Shown in pieces: positions 36,247 to 46,219 of a DNA stretch of 49,912 bases. Both the position numbers and the translations under genes were made by a program. The notes under the pieces were generated by a model. It was not told the DNA's origin. It searched no databases and was given only the letters and a program-made list of their open reading frames with translations. Source of the DNA: Gemmatimonadales bacterium (GTDB taxonomy: Bacteria > Gemmatimonadota > Gemmatimonadetes > Gemmatimonadales > GWC2-71-9); the NCBI GenBank assembly GCA_038321865.1, contig JBBQFH010000024.1, positions 1 to 49,912 on the forward strand, written 5' to 3'. Every line of letters starts with the position of its first letter. The stretch's first letter is position 1.

Positions 36247-37476
36247 GTGCTTATCTACGTAATCGCCGAGCAGTATCCCAGCCTTTATAAGCCGTATTTC
36301 GACACGCAGTTTGCCCAGTTCATTCGTGATGGGCACGAGTTGAGAATCTTTGCGTTGGGCGCCGGGTTTCGCACGGCTAGCTGGGGTAATCTGCCCCTCG
36401 ACCGATCCACCCAATACCTCCCGACGGTGCGTAGCTCTCTGGTCAAGTTTGCGCCTGCGGTGCTCCGTGGTATCGCGGCCGAGCCGGTGACCCGATTCCG
36501 GGCGCTCGAACGAGCGGTTGTGGCGCGCCCCACCCGCGTCTCGACCTTAACGGATATCGCAAGGCTCGCGGTACTCCCGGCAAGACCGCCTGCCTTCTGT
36601 CTGGTGCACAATCTGCTCGCAGCCCGCCGTGTGCGATTCCTCCGTGATCTGTACAAAGGCGTGCCCATCGCATTTTACTATCACGGTGGTGAGCTTCCAG
36701 GTGTCGCTGAAGTGTCTGAGCGGGAGGCCGCCGAAGCCTTTCAGGCCGCTGATGTGGTGTTCACCAACACCAGCAAGTCGCGGGACCACGCTCTCGCTCG
36801 CGGCTGCCCGGCCGACCGTATCGTGTTGAGCCCAGTTGGCTTTTCGCTGGAAGAATTTCCGCAGAGCGCGCCACGCGTGCTCCGTCGGGACGGGCACCTG
36901 AACATTCTGTCGATCGGGCGCTTGAGTCCTGAAAAGGGGTTTCGATACTCGATCGAGGCGATTCGGCGGCTCGTGGAGGCCGGGCACCGCGCGCTTCGGT
37001 ATCGGATCGTCGGCGGCGGACCGCTTTTGTCAGAACTCGAGGCACAGATCGACGCGGCCCGGCTCGCGCCATATGTCGAGCTCATTGGTGCGTTGCCGCG
37101 CGAGCGATTACTGGACGAAATGCGGCTGTCGGATGTGCTGATGGTGCCCAGCATCGTTGTTGGCACGTGGGAGGAAAATCAGGCCTGCGTGGTTCAAGAG
37201 GCGATGCTCATGCAGGCAACCGTCGTAGCGACCGCCACTGGTGGCGTGCCTGAATCGCTCGCACCGGAGCTTCATCAATTTCTTGTGCCTGAGGGAGATG
37301 CATTTGCGATGGCCGCACAGCTTGACCGGATCGCCGCACTGGCTGATGCTGAGCTGGCCAGGCTCGGAGCAGCAGCCCGCGCGTTTGCGGCAAGTCGGTA
37401 CGATATCAGGCAGCTCAATCAGCAAGTTATCAGCGAAACGATGGGCCGGCGTGTCGGCGCGGATCGGCTGACCTGA
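36247..37476 (+). CDS. GT4 glycosyltransferase (WcaL-like)
   Basis: YHGGE, SIGRLSPEKG, IVGGGP, PS...EENQACVVQEAM, GGVPE. Start (GTG 36247) uncertain. Confidence 0.85.
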   Translation: MLIYVIAEQYPSLYKPYFDTQFAQFIRDGHELRIFALGAGFRTASWGNLPLDRSTQYLPTVRSSLVKFAPAVLRGIAAEPVTRFRALERAVVARPTRVSTLTDIARLAVLPARPPAFCLVHNLLAARRVRFLRDLYKGVPIAFYYHGGELPGVAEVSEREAAEAFQAADVVFTNTSKSRDHALARGCPADRIVLSPVGFSLEEFPQSAPRVLRRDGHLNILSIGRLSPEKGFRYSIEAIRRLVEAGHRALRYRIVGGGPLLSELEAQIDAARLAPYVELIGALPRERLLDEMRLSDVLMVPSIVVGTWEENQACVVQEAMLMQATVVATATGGVPESLAPELHQFLVPEGDAFAMAAQLDRIAALADAELARLGAAARAFAASRYDIRQLNQQVISETMGRRVGADRLT

Positions 37477-38228
37477 TGCGCGTACGCGGCGTCGTTCACG
37501 TTCACTCGTCTTACTCTCACGATGGGCGCGATTCGCTGCCGGCGTTGCAAGCCTTCGCGAGACAGAAGGAATTGGCGTTTGTAGCCCTGACGGATCATGC
37601 GGAGGACTTTGATCCCGAGGTCTTCAGGCGTTTCACAGAGGAGTGTCGGTCGCTGTCGTCTGATGGACCGACGCTGATTCCCGGGCTTGAATTTCGATTT
37701 AAGAGTCTGAAGGGCCTTCATTTACTTGCGCTCGGGTTGACTCGGTGGATCGAGCCCGAAACGGTGGACGACTTCATTTCGATGACGGACGGAGTGGCTG
37801 GCTTGACCGTTGCCGCACATCCGGTCCTCCCGAATTACACCTATCCCGGAGTCGTTCTCGACGGCATTGGCGCGATCGAAGTCTGGAACGCGAGCTACAA
37901 TACCCGATTTCTGCCCGATCCACGCGCAATCCGTTTGGTGCACCGCATTCGTCGCTCTAGGCCGGCGGTCGTTGCGATCGCGGGCCTGGACCAGCACGAT
38001 GCGCGCAACGACCGCGAAACCCGCGTTGAATTGTTGGAGGATGGCGATCCGCTTGCCTGCATGCGCGATGGCCGGTTCGTCAATGTGGGCCGTACGATGC
38101 GGTTTGACTCCGGCGCCAATCTTGGCCCCGTCGCGATGGCCGGTCTGTCAGGGGCCCGGCTGGTGCTGAACGGCGTCGAAGGCGTCCAGGATCGGGTGGC
38201 CCGATGGCTGGCGCGGCGTGGGCCATGA
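37476..38228 (+). CDS. PHP-domain metallohydrolase
   Basis: HVHSSYSHDG, LTDH, PGLE, AAHP, EVWN, GLDQH. TGATG coupling. Confidence 0.85.
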   Translation: MRVRGVVHVHSSYSHDGRDSLPALQAFARQKELAFVALTDHAEDFDPEVFRRFTEECRSLSSDGPTLIPGLEFRFKSLKGLHLLALGLTRWIEPETVDDFISMTDGVAGLTVAAHPVLPNYTYPGVVLDGIGAIEVWNASYNTRFLPDPRAIRLVHRIRRSRPAVVAIAGLDQHDARNDRETRVELLEDGDPLACMRDGRFVNVGRTMRFDSGANLGPVAMAGLSGARLVLNGVEGVQDRVARWLARRGP

Positions 38229-39274
38229 TCGATATCGCTGTCGTGATTCCTACCTTCAATCGCGCGCATCAGATTGAAGCTACGATCCAGTCGGTCCTCG
38301 ACCAATCGGTGCCGCCGGCTGAGATTGTGGTAGTAGATGATGGTTCAACCGACGACACCGAATCGGTTGTCGCGCGGTTTGGGGCCCGGGTCAGCTACGT
38401 CAGACAGGCGAATGCCGGCGTCTCGGCCGCTCGGAATCATGGTGTGGCGCTCACGAAGGCGCCGCTGGTCGCGTTCGTGGATTCAGACGATTTGTGGGCT
38501 TCGCATAAACTGGCTGTCCAGCTGACGGCCCTCGAGGCAGCTGATTCTGCGGGCTGGTCGATTACGGGATGCGACGTCATCGACCCCCACGGGCAGGTAA
38601 TTCCCGGCAGGCGAGGCTTCCCTGCCGTGTTCGGTGTGTTCCATCAGCTCGGCATGTCACCTGAAGAACTGTTCTCGCGCTACTTGTCGTCCATCACCGT
38701 TTCTGCGCCGGGGGGGAAGTATCGCGGATTTGTCGGCGACGCTTACCTGCCACTTTTCCTCGGCAATTTTGCGCTGCCATCGTCGGCTCTTGTGCGACGG
38801 GACGTGTTTGAACGCGTAGGTGGCTTCGATTCCAATCTGCGCTTGGCCGAGGAAACCGAATTCTTCCACCGGTTGGCAGCAGCCTCCCCTGTCGTGCTGC
38901 TGCTCGACCCATTGGTGGGCTATCGGGTGGGCCAGGCTGGCTCGCTGATCTCGCCTGCCAACACAACGAGGCTGATAGCGAACGCGTTAGTCAGCCTCGA
39001 CAGTGCGGCAAGGCTCCGCGCGGAGACTCGCGAGTCGCGTGACCATGTTCGAAGGGGCAGGCAGGCGCTGTTTCGCAAGCTGGCGTATGCCAACCTGACG
39101 CAGCAAGATGGGACTGCAGCCCGAGCGGCCGTACGCGAGATCTGGCGCACTGGGGGAGCGCAGTGGAATGCTCGGGTGTTTGGTCTCTACGCGGCGTCGT
39201 TTCTGCCAGGTACCGCTCTTGGTGTGCTTGGCCGGGTGAAGGGCGTGATTCGACGAGGGTTTACTCAGGCGTGA
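38225..39274 (+). CDS. GT2 glycosyltransferase
   Basis: VVIPTFN, VVDDGSTD, GVSAARN, FVDSDD, GGFD. Confidence 0.92.
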   Translation: MIDIAVVIPTFNRAHQIEATIQSVLDQSVPPAEIVVVDDGSTDDTESVVARFGARVSYVRQANAGVSAARNHGVALTKAPLVAFVDSDDLWASHKLAVQLTALEAADSAGWSITGCDVIDPHGQVIPGRRGFPAVFGVFHQLGMSPEELFSRYLSSITVSAPGGKYRGFVGDAYLPLFLGNFALPSSALVRRDVFERVGGFDSNLRLAEETEFFHRLAAASPVVLLLDPLVGYRVGQAGSLISPANTTRLIANALVSLDSAARLRAETRESRDHVRRGRQALFRKLAYANLTQQDGTAARAAVREIWRTGGAQWNARVFGLYAASFLPGTALGVLGRVKGVIRRGFTQA

Positions 39275-40373
39275 GATCCCCATACAGACGCTCATACCGC
39301 GACAGCATGATGGCCGTGCTGAACCGGCCCACCGCCACCGCACGGGCAGCGGAAGCGAGTCGTGTCTGGAGCGCTCTATCGCCGATTAAACGCTCAATCG
39401 CATCCGCCATCCCAATCGCCGAGCCCGCGGGGACCAGGATGCCATCCACCCCATTTGTCACGATCTCCTCCGGCCCGCCGCATCGTGTCGACACTACCGG
39501 CAATCCGCTTGCCAGCGCCTGCACGGTCGACAACGAAAAGCCCTCCGTATGCGACGGCAGCACGTAGGCGTCAACCGCGCGCAGGAAGCTGGCGGCGTCG
39601 TCACGGAAGCCTACAAACTGCACCACTGCGTCCAACCCTAGCGACGCACGCTGACGCAGCAGACCTGGAAACAGGGTGCCGCCGGTCGAGCCAGCAACGG
39701 CAATCTTGAACTGCTTCCCGCGATCACGAAGCAAGGCCGCTGCATCGAGCAGGATCTCGTATCCTTTCGCGGGCCGCACATTTCCCACTGCGCCGAGCAC
39801 GAACACACCGGGGTCAGCGTCGAGGGACGCGCGAACGGCGGCATCGTGGCCTGGGTGAAAATGCTCTGTGTCGACCCCATTGAAGATGACGCTGACTTGG
39901 GCTGCTCCAAGTCTCGATGTGTTGAGAAGCTCTCGCCGGAGGGACTCTGATACGCACACCACGCGGCCAGTTCCAGCGCCGATCAATCTGAGTTTGGCGT
40001 TGCGGTAACGATCGGTGTGCGCAACATCGACCAGCCCATGAAACGTCGAAACCACAGGAACCCGGCATGCGAGAGCCGCAATATTCGCATATACACTCGT
40101 CCCAAATGTATGTGCTTGCACCACGTGAACCTGTAACCGGCGAATCGCCGCAATCAGCCTTCCGATGTGGCGAAGATCGAACGCGCCGCCAGACGGCAGA
40201 ATCATCACTTCGGTGCCACGCCGACGGACCTCATCGTAAAGCCACTCACTGGCGCGCGGCAGGCCGACGAAAGACTGGAATTGCTTGCTGTCGAGTCCGG
40301 TTGCGATGTCCGCGAATACTGTCTCGGCGCCTCCCGGCCCCCAGGAGTCGATCAGATGCAGAATGCGTCGCAT
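39261..40373 (-). CDS. GT4 glycosyltransferase
   Basis: GPGGAE, TFHG, IFNGVD, KGY, LPSHTEGF..QALASGLPVV, GGPEE. Confidence 0.92.
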   Translation of the reverse strand: MRRILHLIDSWGPGGAETVFADIATGLDSKQFQSFVGLPRASEWLYDEVRRRGTEVMILPSGGAFDLRHIGRLIAAIRRLQVHVVQAHTFGTSVYANIAALACRVPVVSTFHGLVDVAHTDRYRNAKLRLIGAGTGRVVCVSESLRRELLNTSRLGAAQVSVIFNGVDTEHFHPGHDAAVRASLDADPGVFVLGAVGNVRPAKGYEILLDAAALLRDRGKQFKIAVAGSTGGTLFPGLLRQRASLGLDAVVQFVGFRDDAASFLRAVDAYVLPSHTEGFSLSTVQALASGLPVVSTRCGGPEEIVTNGVDGILVPAGSAIGMADAIERLIGDRALQTRLASAARAVAVGRFSTAIMLSRYERLYGDLTPE

Positions 40374-40378
40374 TCTGC

Positions 40379-41683
40379 TTAAGCGCTGTGGGGAGCGCGA
40401 GCCAGGAGCCTAGGATGCGCTCGAGCTGGTTGAGCAACTCGGACCGCGGAGCCCGCGAGGTCGCGGCGGGCGACTTCGTGGAGGGCTACCGACATTGAGA
40501 GGTTGATCCAGAAGAATGGATAGTACAGAACGGTGACGAAGAACCCGCTGGCGAGGTACCCAATCAACGCAGCATCCAGTCCTTGGGTCATCATATATGT
40601 GAAGTGCCCTTCGGGTGCGTGCGCCGCGATGCGTCGCGTCCGTAGGTTGATCAAGAGGGTCGCACCGATGAGTGCGAGAAATGCCGACAGGCCTGTATAG
40701 CCGAGCTCAGCCATGGCCTGGATGAAAACATTGTGCGGCAACTGGGTCTTGCCGCCATAGGTTCGCTGATAGTAAGGCAACCAGTTGAAGTACCCCACTC
40801 CCAAAACGGGGTATTCATGCGCCATCTCGAGCCCGTGTCTCCAATATGTAAGTCGCGTTACCGATGACTTATCGTCCCCCGCCGACTGGAAACGGGCCTT
40901 TTGCTCAGGCGGAAGCACCACCAGCACCAGTACTGTTACGGCAGCGGCAGCGAGCAACGCCCGGATCCGATACTTGCTCTTGAGCAGTACCCAGGCACCG
41001 GCAGCGGCGATGCCAATGAGCGCACCGCGCGACGAAGAGGCGACAGCGCCCAGCACAGCACTCACCGCCATGGCTATCAGGAGGACAAATTTCCACTTCG
41101 GGATCTTCCGCCGCAAACCGAGTGCAAAGAACAGCGAGATAGGCAGGAATATGCACATGGCGACCCCGAACTCGCCGGAGTTGTTGAACCATCCGGCACC
41201 GCCCGTCACGCCCCACGTACGAAACCCGAAACCAAAACTTGCCCACTGCTTCATCGCCCCCCAGGACATCTGCGCGTTGTAAAGTAGGAATGCCAGACTG
41301 AAGACGATATATCGCTTCTCCGTGACGACGATGTTCGTGATGAGGAAGTAGACGAGGACCCAGGAGAAGAAAAAGATGTAGTTGTCTATGGCTACCGTCG
41401 GCATGTACGCTGTCACGGTCGACAAGAGTACAATGCCCGCGTATATGGCCAGGGCTGAGTCCGCGATGCACCACCGGCGGAGTCTTCCACCGCCCACGAA
41501 CAGAGCGACGGTAGTGAGACCGAGGCTGATCTGACCCCACGGTGCAAACCTGATTGCTGGAAAGAGTTGCTGCGGACGAACATATTCAATGAACAGGTAG
41601 ATGCACACGAACCAAAACGCAGCCGGCTGCGTGAGCAGGTACCGCCAGATTGCAGCTGGGCCAAGCCGGTGGACGTTTGGCAT
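40379..41683 (-). CDS. O-antigen ligase / Wzy-like polymerase (exosortase-system O-glycosylation ligase type)
   Basis: Multi-TM; EYVRPQ, NSGE, SSSRGA, R..W, GVG, PHN..Q..AELG. Confidence 0.85.
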   Translation of the reverse strand: MPNVHRLGPAAIWRYLLTQPAAFWFVCIYLFIEYVRPQQLFPAIRFAPWGQISLGLTTVALFVGGGRLRRWCIADSALAIYAGIVLLSTVTAYMPTVAIDNYIFFFSWVLVYFLITNIVVTEKRYIVFSLAFLLYNAQMSWGAMKQWASFGFGFRTWGVTGGAGWFNNSGEFGVAMCIFLPISLFFALGLRRKIPKWKFVLLIAMAVSAVLGAVASSSRGALIGIAAAGAWVLLKSKYRIRALLAAAAVTVLVLVVLPPEQKARFQSAGDDKSSVTRLTYWRHGLEMAHEYPVLGVGYFNWLPYYQRTYGGKTQLPHNVFIQAMAELGYTGLSAFLALIGATLLINLRTRRIAAHAPEGHFTYMMTQGLDAALIGYLASGFFVTVLYYPFFWINLSMSVALHEVARRDLAGSAVRVAQPARAHPRLLARAPHSA

Positions 41684-41738
41684 TACCGCCGCGCACTGCC
41701 GATCACGCCCGATCTCACGTTGCTCCGGCCATCCGTCA

Positions 41739-43235
41739 TCATGCAGAACCTCCTCTGATCAGGGCCTCGAGGCTGCTGGGCGATCGTATCAAGGACACGA
41801 TCAATGCTCGGTCGTCCGGTGTCAAGAAACTGATCCAGGCGAGCGTCGAGTATATCGCGAGCAGACCGAATCCGAGGCCAAATTGAGCGAGAATACCGGT
41901 CACGGGCAGCAAGAACGCGGCCGCGACCGCCCCGGCCGACCAGACGGCGAGGCGCAAGTTGGGTACCCAGCCGTACCGGACCGGCCAAAGTCGCTGGCTC
42001 CAATAGTAGCCCAGCCAAAATCGGACGGCGAACGCGACGAGGGTCGCTAGGGCGGCCCCATAGCCCCCCCAAATCGGGATAAGCGTTGCATAAAGGATCA
42101 GTACCACGACGACGGCGGCCCAGGTCGAGTACGTCATGTATTTGGTTTTGTGCGACACTCCGATCCCGAACTGCGTTGCTCCACCCCAACTTTGGACAAC
42201 ATAGGCCGCAAGAATGATCGGAACCATGTTCGCGGCCGAGTGGAATGCGCTAGTGGTCATCAACCGGATGACCGGCCGCACGAATACCCCGATTCCTGCC
42301 GCCATTGTCAACAGAATCAAGTTGAAATAGTGAAAACCGCGCTCATACCGGCGATCGCGTTCATCGATGGGCTCATTCAGGAGCTGCAGCCGCTGGGGGT
42401 TCCACGCTTTCAAAATCTGTTCGGTGCTCAGCTGGTGCAATAGGAAGCCGAACTGGTAAGCGAGTCCATACAGGCCGACTGCGCTGGCACCGCGGCTCGC
42501 TTGAAGGAAGAACCGGTCGCCGAAAGCAAGGACGAAATTTCCGCCAGTGCTGAGCTGGTACGGTATGCCGAATCGTCTGAGCCGCCGGACTATGTCCATT
42601 CGCACACGGCCTGGCATATCGCGGAGCAGCCATGCGGCGAGGGCGAACCCTTGAATTGAGTTGACAATCAGGCCGGTGAACAGGATGCCCCGGACGCCTT
42701 GCTTCAGAATGACAACGAAAAGGATGTTAAGCCCGACCTGGCCTACCAGCCGCAGAAAATTGATGGTGATGATCACGTGCGAGCGTTGCTTTAGCTGCAA
42801 CACCATCAGTGGTACGCCTGTGAGCATCTGGAGGGCGAAGTTTATCGCGGTGATTCGGATGAATAGGACGGCGCCCGCTCCTTTCAGCCCGTACCGCCAG
42901 ATCCACGGGGACAGGAGGAACAGTGCCGTCGACCCGATGATCGTGAGCCCCATTTCGAGTGCGAAGGAGGTTCGTACGATATCGGCGCGTTCGCGCTCGC
43001 TCTCGGCTTGAAAATAGAACAGCGACATCCCGGCAGACATTCCCGCCGTGAAAATGATGAACGAGATGTCGATTGTCATGTCAAGCAGCTGCAGGACGCC
43101 GTAATCGGACGTGGTAAGGTATCTAGTGTAGACCGGCAACATGAAAAAACTCACCGCCCGATTCAACACGACGCCGACGCCATAAATCAGCGTATCTCGG
43201 CCCATTCTTCGAAACGACGTGGCGTTGTTGCTCAC
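41739..43235 (-). CDS. Wzx-type oligosaccharide flippase
   Basis: Many TM segments; LPVYTRYLTTSDYG, DRFFL, VGLYGLA, GAALAT. GTG start overlaps the upstream stop (GTGA). Confidence 0.9.
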   Translation of the reverse strand: MSNNATSFRRMGRDTLIYGVGVVLNRAVSFFMLPVYTRYLTTSDYGVLQLLDMTIDISFIIFTAGMSAGMSLFYFQAESERERADIVRTSFALEMGLTIIGSTALFLLSPWIWRYGLKGAGAVLFIRITAINFALQMLTGVPLMVLQLKQRSHVIITINFLRLVGQVGLNILFVVILKQGVRGILFTGLIVNSIQGFALAAWLLRDMPGRVRMDIVRRLRRFGIPYQLSTGGNFVLAFGDRFFLQASRGASAVGLYGLAYQFGFLLHQLSTEQILKAWNPQRLQLLNEPIDERDRRYERGFHYFNLILLTMAAGIGVFVRPVIRLMTTSAFHSAANMVPIILAAYVVQSWGGATQFGIGVSHKTKYMTYSTWAAVVVVLILYATLIPIWGGYGAALATLVAFAVRFWLGYYWSQRLWPVRYGWVPNLRLAVWSAGAVAAAFLLPVTGILAQFGLGFGLLAIYSTLAWISFLTPDDRALIVSLIRSPSSLEALIRGGSA

Positions 43236-44218
43236 GGCAAGCGCCGCTGGCTCATTGGCCTCCTCAACCGGCGGAACAAGGGAGCGAGCGGCGACGCTAT
43301 GGCATGCGCCAGCGCATTGAGCCGGTCTCCGGAGTAGAGAAGAGCGCGGCTGTACGCTCGAGCCGCAGTCCACGGGCTTCCCTCCCAGAAGTGGTGGTAG
43401 CCGAGCGCTAGCCAGGCACGGCCTTCGCGAACCATGAGAGCTCGCCGATGATCGCTGCCCAGAGGCAGATCTCCGAGCAGGGCAAGGGATTCGATCACGG
43501 GCGCGAGCATGTCAGCATGGCTCATGTAGCTGTTGCTGTCGTGCCGCCTTACGTCGGCCATGGGTTCCGCGATATAAGCGACGTCGCCCCGAAGGTACGC
43601 ACGAAGGATGAAATGAAAGTCCTCTGCGAGCCGCAATTGCTCATCAAAGCGAAGATCGCGCGTCACGGATGCCCGGAAAAGATCCGTCTGAATCCACGCG
43701 GGAAGCTGAGGAAGGGGGGCCAAAGCAACGAAGGCGTCTCCGACGATCACCAGCCCGTCATTGCTGTATGCCGGCCGCGTCGGGATGAGGCTCAGCTCGG
43801 GCACGAAGTCAAACTGCCGTTCGTGGAGCGCGCCGTCCGGCGAGAATCGCCGTAGATCAGTAAAGACGAGCGCCACGTCGGGCTCGGCATCCATGATCGC
43901 AACCTGTCGAGCGAGCTTATCGCTACGCCACCGATCGTCAGCGTCCAGGAAAGCGACAAAATCACCTCGAGCCATGTCGAGGCCGGCGTTTCGCGCACCT
44001 GAAACGCCGCGGTTCTCGGTCCGTCGCCTTCTCAGCCGCGGTTCCGCCAACCCCGCGATCACCTCCGGCGTCTCATCCGTTGACCCGTCATCCACGATGA
44101 TGATCTCGAGGTCGGTCAGTGTCTGCGCCTGCACGCTCGCCACGGCCTCTGGCAGGTAGCGTCCATAGTTGTAGCACGGGATGATCACGCTGACGCGTGG
44201 GCGCGGCGGTAAAATCAT
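43232..44218 (-). CDS. GT2 glycosyltransferase
   Basis: SVIIPCYN, VDDGSTD, GVSGARN, FLDADD, AED. ATGA overlap. Confidence 0.92.
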   Translation of the reverse strand: MILPPRPRVSVIIPCYNYGRYLPEAVASVQAQTLTDLEIIIVDDGSTDETPEVIAGLAEPRLRRRRTENRGVSGARNAGLDMARGDFVAFLDADDRWRSDKLARQVAIMDAEPDVALVFTDLRRFSPDGALHERQFDFVPELSLIPTRPAYSNDGLVIVGDAFVALAPLPQLPAWIQTDLFRASVTRDLRFDEQLRLAEDFHFILRAYLRGDVAYIAEPMADVRRHDSNSYMSHADMLAPVIESLALLGDLPLGSDHRRALMVREGRAWLALGYHHFWEGSPWTAARAYSRALLYSGDRLNALAHAIASPLAPLFRRLRRPMSQRRLP

Positions 44219-45309
44219 CCGAGGATCGCCGAGCGGAATGCCTCGAGGTACGCACGCCCCCACCGCTGGTCGGGCTCCAGGTGGTTGCCTTCGGCCCACT
44301 CGTTCCACGATTTGACGAACAGCAGCCGGTGCTCGGCCGGCAGCCCGTCAAGCTGCCGCACCGCCGCCGCCACCTGCTCGCCGAAGTATTCCGGCCGCGA
44401 ATTCTGGAGCACCAGGCCACGCGCCCCGCTGCGCGGGCTGTTGTCCCAGTTGGGGATCACGCACGGATAGGCCTCCCGTCCGTCCGGCCGCGGCGCGATG
44501 AGCCCGGCGAGCCCCCGGCGGTAATCGCGGACGGTCGGGACACCGGCGGCGGTCCGCAGCTTGTACCAGATTTTCCGCCCGGGATCCGTCCACGGCGCCC
44601 AGGCCTCCCGGAGAGGCAGCCGGGGCTGCACCGAGCCGTCGAAGCCGAATTCGCGATGCGGCCATTCCGCATCATCGTCTACGCCTACCAGGTGAAGTCC
44701 CTCGAGACCCGCGGCCATCGCGAGCGACCGCCAGAGATCGGTGACCCGCGGCCCATCGGGAAGGCGCCGGGGCTTGTACACCAGAAAAAGCGGCTTCCCG
44801 TCCACCCGGACGTGCCGGGGATCCGAGAACGCGCGCATCAGGAAATCGAAATGCCGGCGATGGTCGTCATCCCCCGGGTACGTCTGCTCGATCAGCGTCC
44901 GGTTCGACAGCCCGTGCCAGATCCCCGTCCAGCTCTCATTGGCCCAGCAAAGACAGAAGGGCAGGTCCGGTTCGCCGGAGTCGAGCACTTCCTGGAAAGG
45001 CCGCTCCAGAATCCGGCGGCCGCCGAACCAGTAGTGGTAGTAGCAGAACGCCTCGATGCCGTAGGCGCGCGCCATCGCAGCCTGCGCCGCCCGCGTGTCG
45101 GGGAGGCGGAGGTCATAGTAGCCAAGCTCACCGGGGATGTGCGGCTGATAATGGCCCGGAAATCGGGGGCGTGCCTTCGCGGTGTTGGTCCACTCCGTGA
45201 AGCCCTTGCCCCACCATTCGTCGTTCTCGGGAATCGGATGGAACTGGGGCAGGTAGAACGCGATGCCGCGCGCGCGCGGTCGCCCCGCCCCCTCCGCGGC
45301 AGCCGTCAC
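44215..45309 (-). CDS. WbsX-family / GH99-like domain protein
   Basis: AFYLPQFHPIPENDEWWGKGFTEW, GYYDL, FCYYHYWF, CWANESW, WDNSPR, WNEWAEGNHLEPD. Confidence 0.92.
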   Translation of the reverse strand: MTAAAEGAGRPRARGIAFYLPQFHPIPENDEWWGKGFTEWTNTAKARPRFPGHYQPHIPGELGYYDLRLPDTRAAQAAMARAYGIEAFCYYHYWFGGRRILERPFQEVLDSGEPDLPFCLCWANESWTGIWHGLSNRTLIEQTYPGDDDHRRHFDFLMRAFSDPRHVRVDGKPLFLVYKPRRLPDGPRVTDLWRSLAMAAGLEGLHLVGVDDDAEWPHREFGFDGSVQPRLPLREAWAPWTDPGRKIWYKLRTAAGVPTVRDYRRGLAGLIAPRPDGREAYPCVIPNWDNSPRSGARGLVLQNSRPEYFGEQVAAAVRQLDGLPAEHRLLFVKSWNEWAEGNHLEPDQRWGRAYLEAFRSAILG

Positions 45310-46058
45310 GTCGCCAGGACCGCGCGAACCACGTGCTGCGCGCCGAACAGCCGGGGTGCGTGCCGGACGCCGGCGAGCACGACGTTACGCCGGACGCCGG
45401 CCGGGAGCCACGACCACGGCCGGCGGCCATAGAAGCGAAAGTGAGCGCCCGCCGAATAGTGATGCTCGACCACCCTGGCGCCGATGGCGGCGAAGAGCGA
45501 CTGGACGGTCCTCGCGGTGAACCAGCGCAGATGCGTCGCGTCCATGATCCCGTACTCCTCGTAGTCGAACCGGCCGCGCACGAGGTCCATCCGGACCGAC
45601 CAGTGCGCGATGTTCGGGATGGACGCGATGATCGACCCGCCGGGCGCGAGAAACCGGCGCGCCGCGCGCAGCTGCGCCGCCGGGTCCGACAGGTGCTCCA
45701 GGACGTCCATGTACAGGATCACGTCGAAGGGACCGAACGCATTGTCCGGAATATCCGCCAGGTCGCGCTCCGTGACCTCCAGCCCACGCTTCCGCGCCTC
45801 GACCGCACGCGCGGCATCGAGCTCGACCCCCACGACCGTCGCACCCAGCGAATCGCGCACCCGCGCGGACAAGTCCCCGATACCGCATCCGACGTCGAGC
45901 ACGCGGGATCCGCGCGGAATCATGGACAGCGCAAGCCCATCGCATTCGAAGGGGGCGGGGTTTTGATGCCCGTATCGGAGCGGGTCGGGGGCGGTCTCGA
46001 TAAATCCACCGGCCTTCGAGTCCGGTGTCTCCGCTGCGGCATCGCCCGGCAGGTTCAT
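45306..46058 (-). CDS. Class I SAM-dependent methyltransferase
   Basis: VLDVGCGIG, GVE, DVLEHL, SIPNIAH, GIMDATHLRWFT. Confidence 0.9.
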   Translation of the reverse strand: MNLPGDAAAETPDSKAGGFIETAPDPLRYGHQNPAPFECDGLALSMIPRGSRVLDVGCGIGDLSARVRDSLGATVVGVELDAARAVEARKRGLEVTERDLADIPDNAFGPFDVILYMDVLEHLSDPAAQLRAARRFLAPGGSIIASIPNIAHWSVRMDLVRGRFDYEEYGIMDATHLRWFTARTVQSLFAAIGARVVEHHYSAGAHFRFYGRRPWSWLPAGVRRNVVLAGVRHAPRLFGAQHVVRAVLAT

Positions 46059-46219
46059 CGTGAGCTCACTCGGGATTGGGACAGGTCATGGGGCTATATT
46101 CCCCGCCAAACAGATGGCCGCCCGGCGCCAAAGATATACCGCCTTCGCCTCCGCTCCGAGGCACCGCGCGCCGGGGAGACGATCGCCGTCTTCCTTCGTT
46201 GTCCTTTCGCCGAGGCGCC

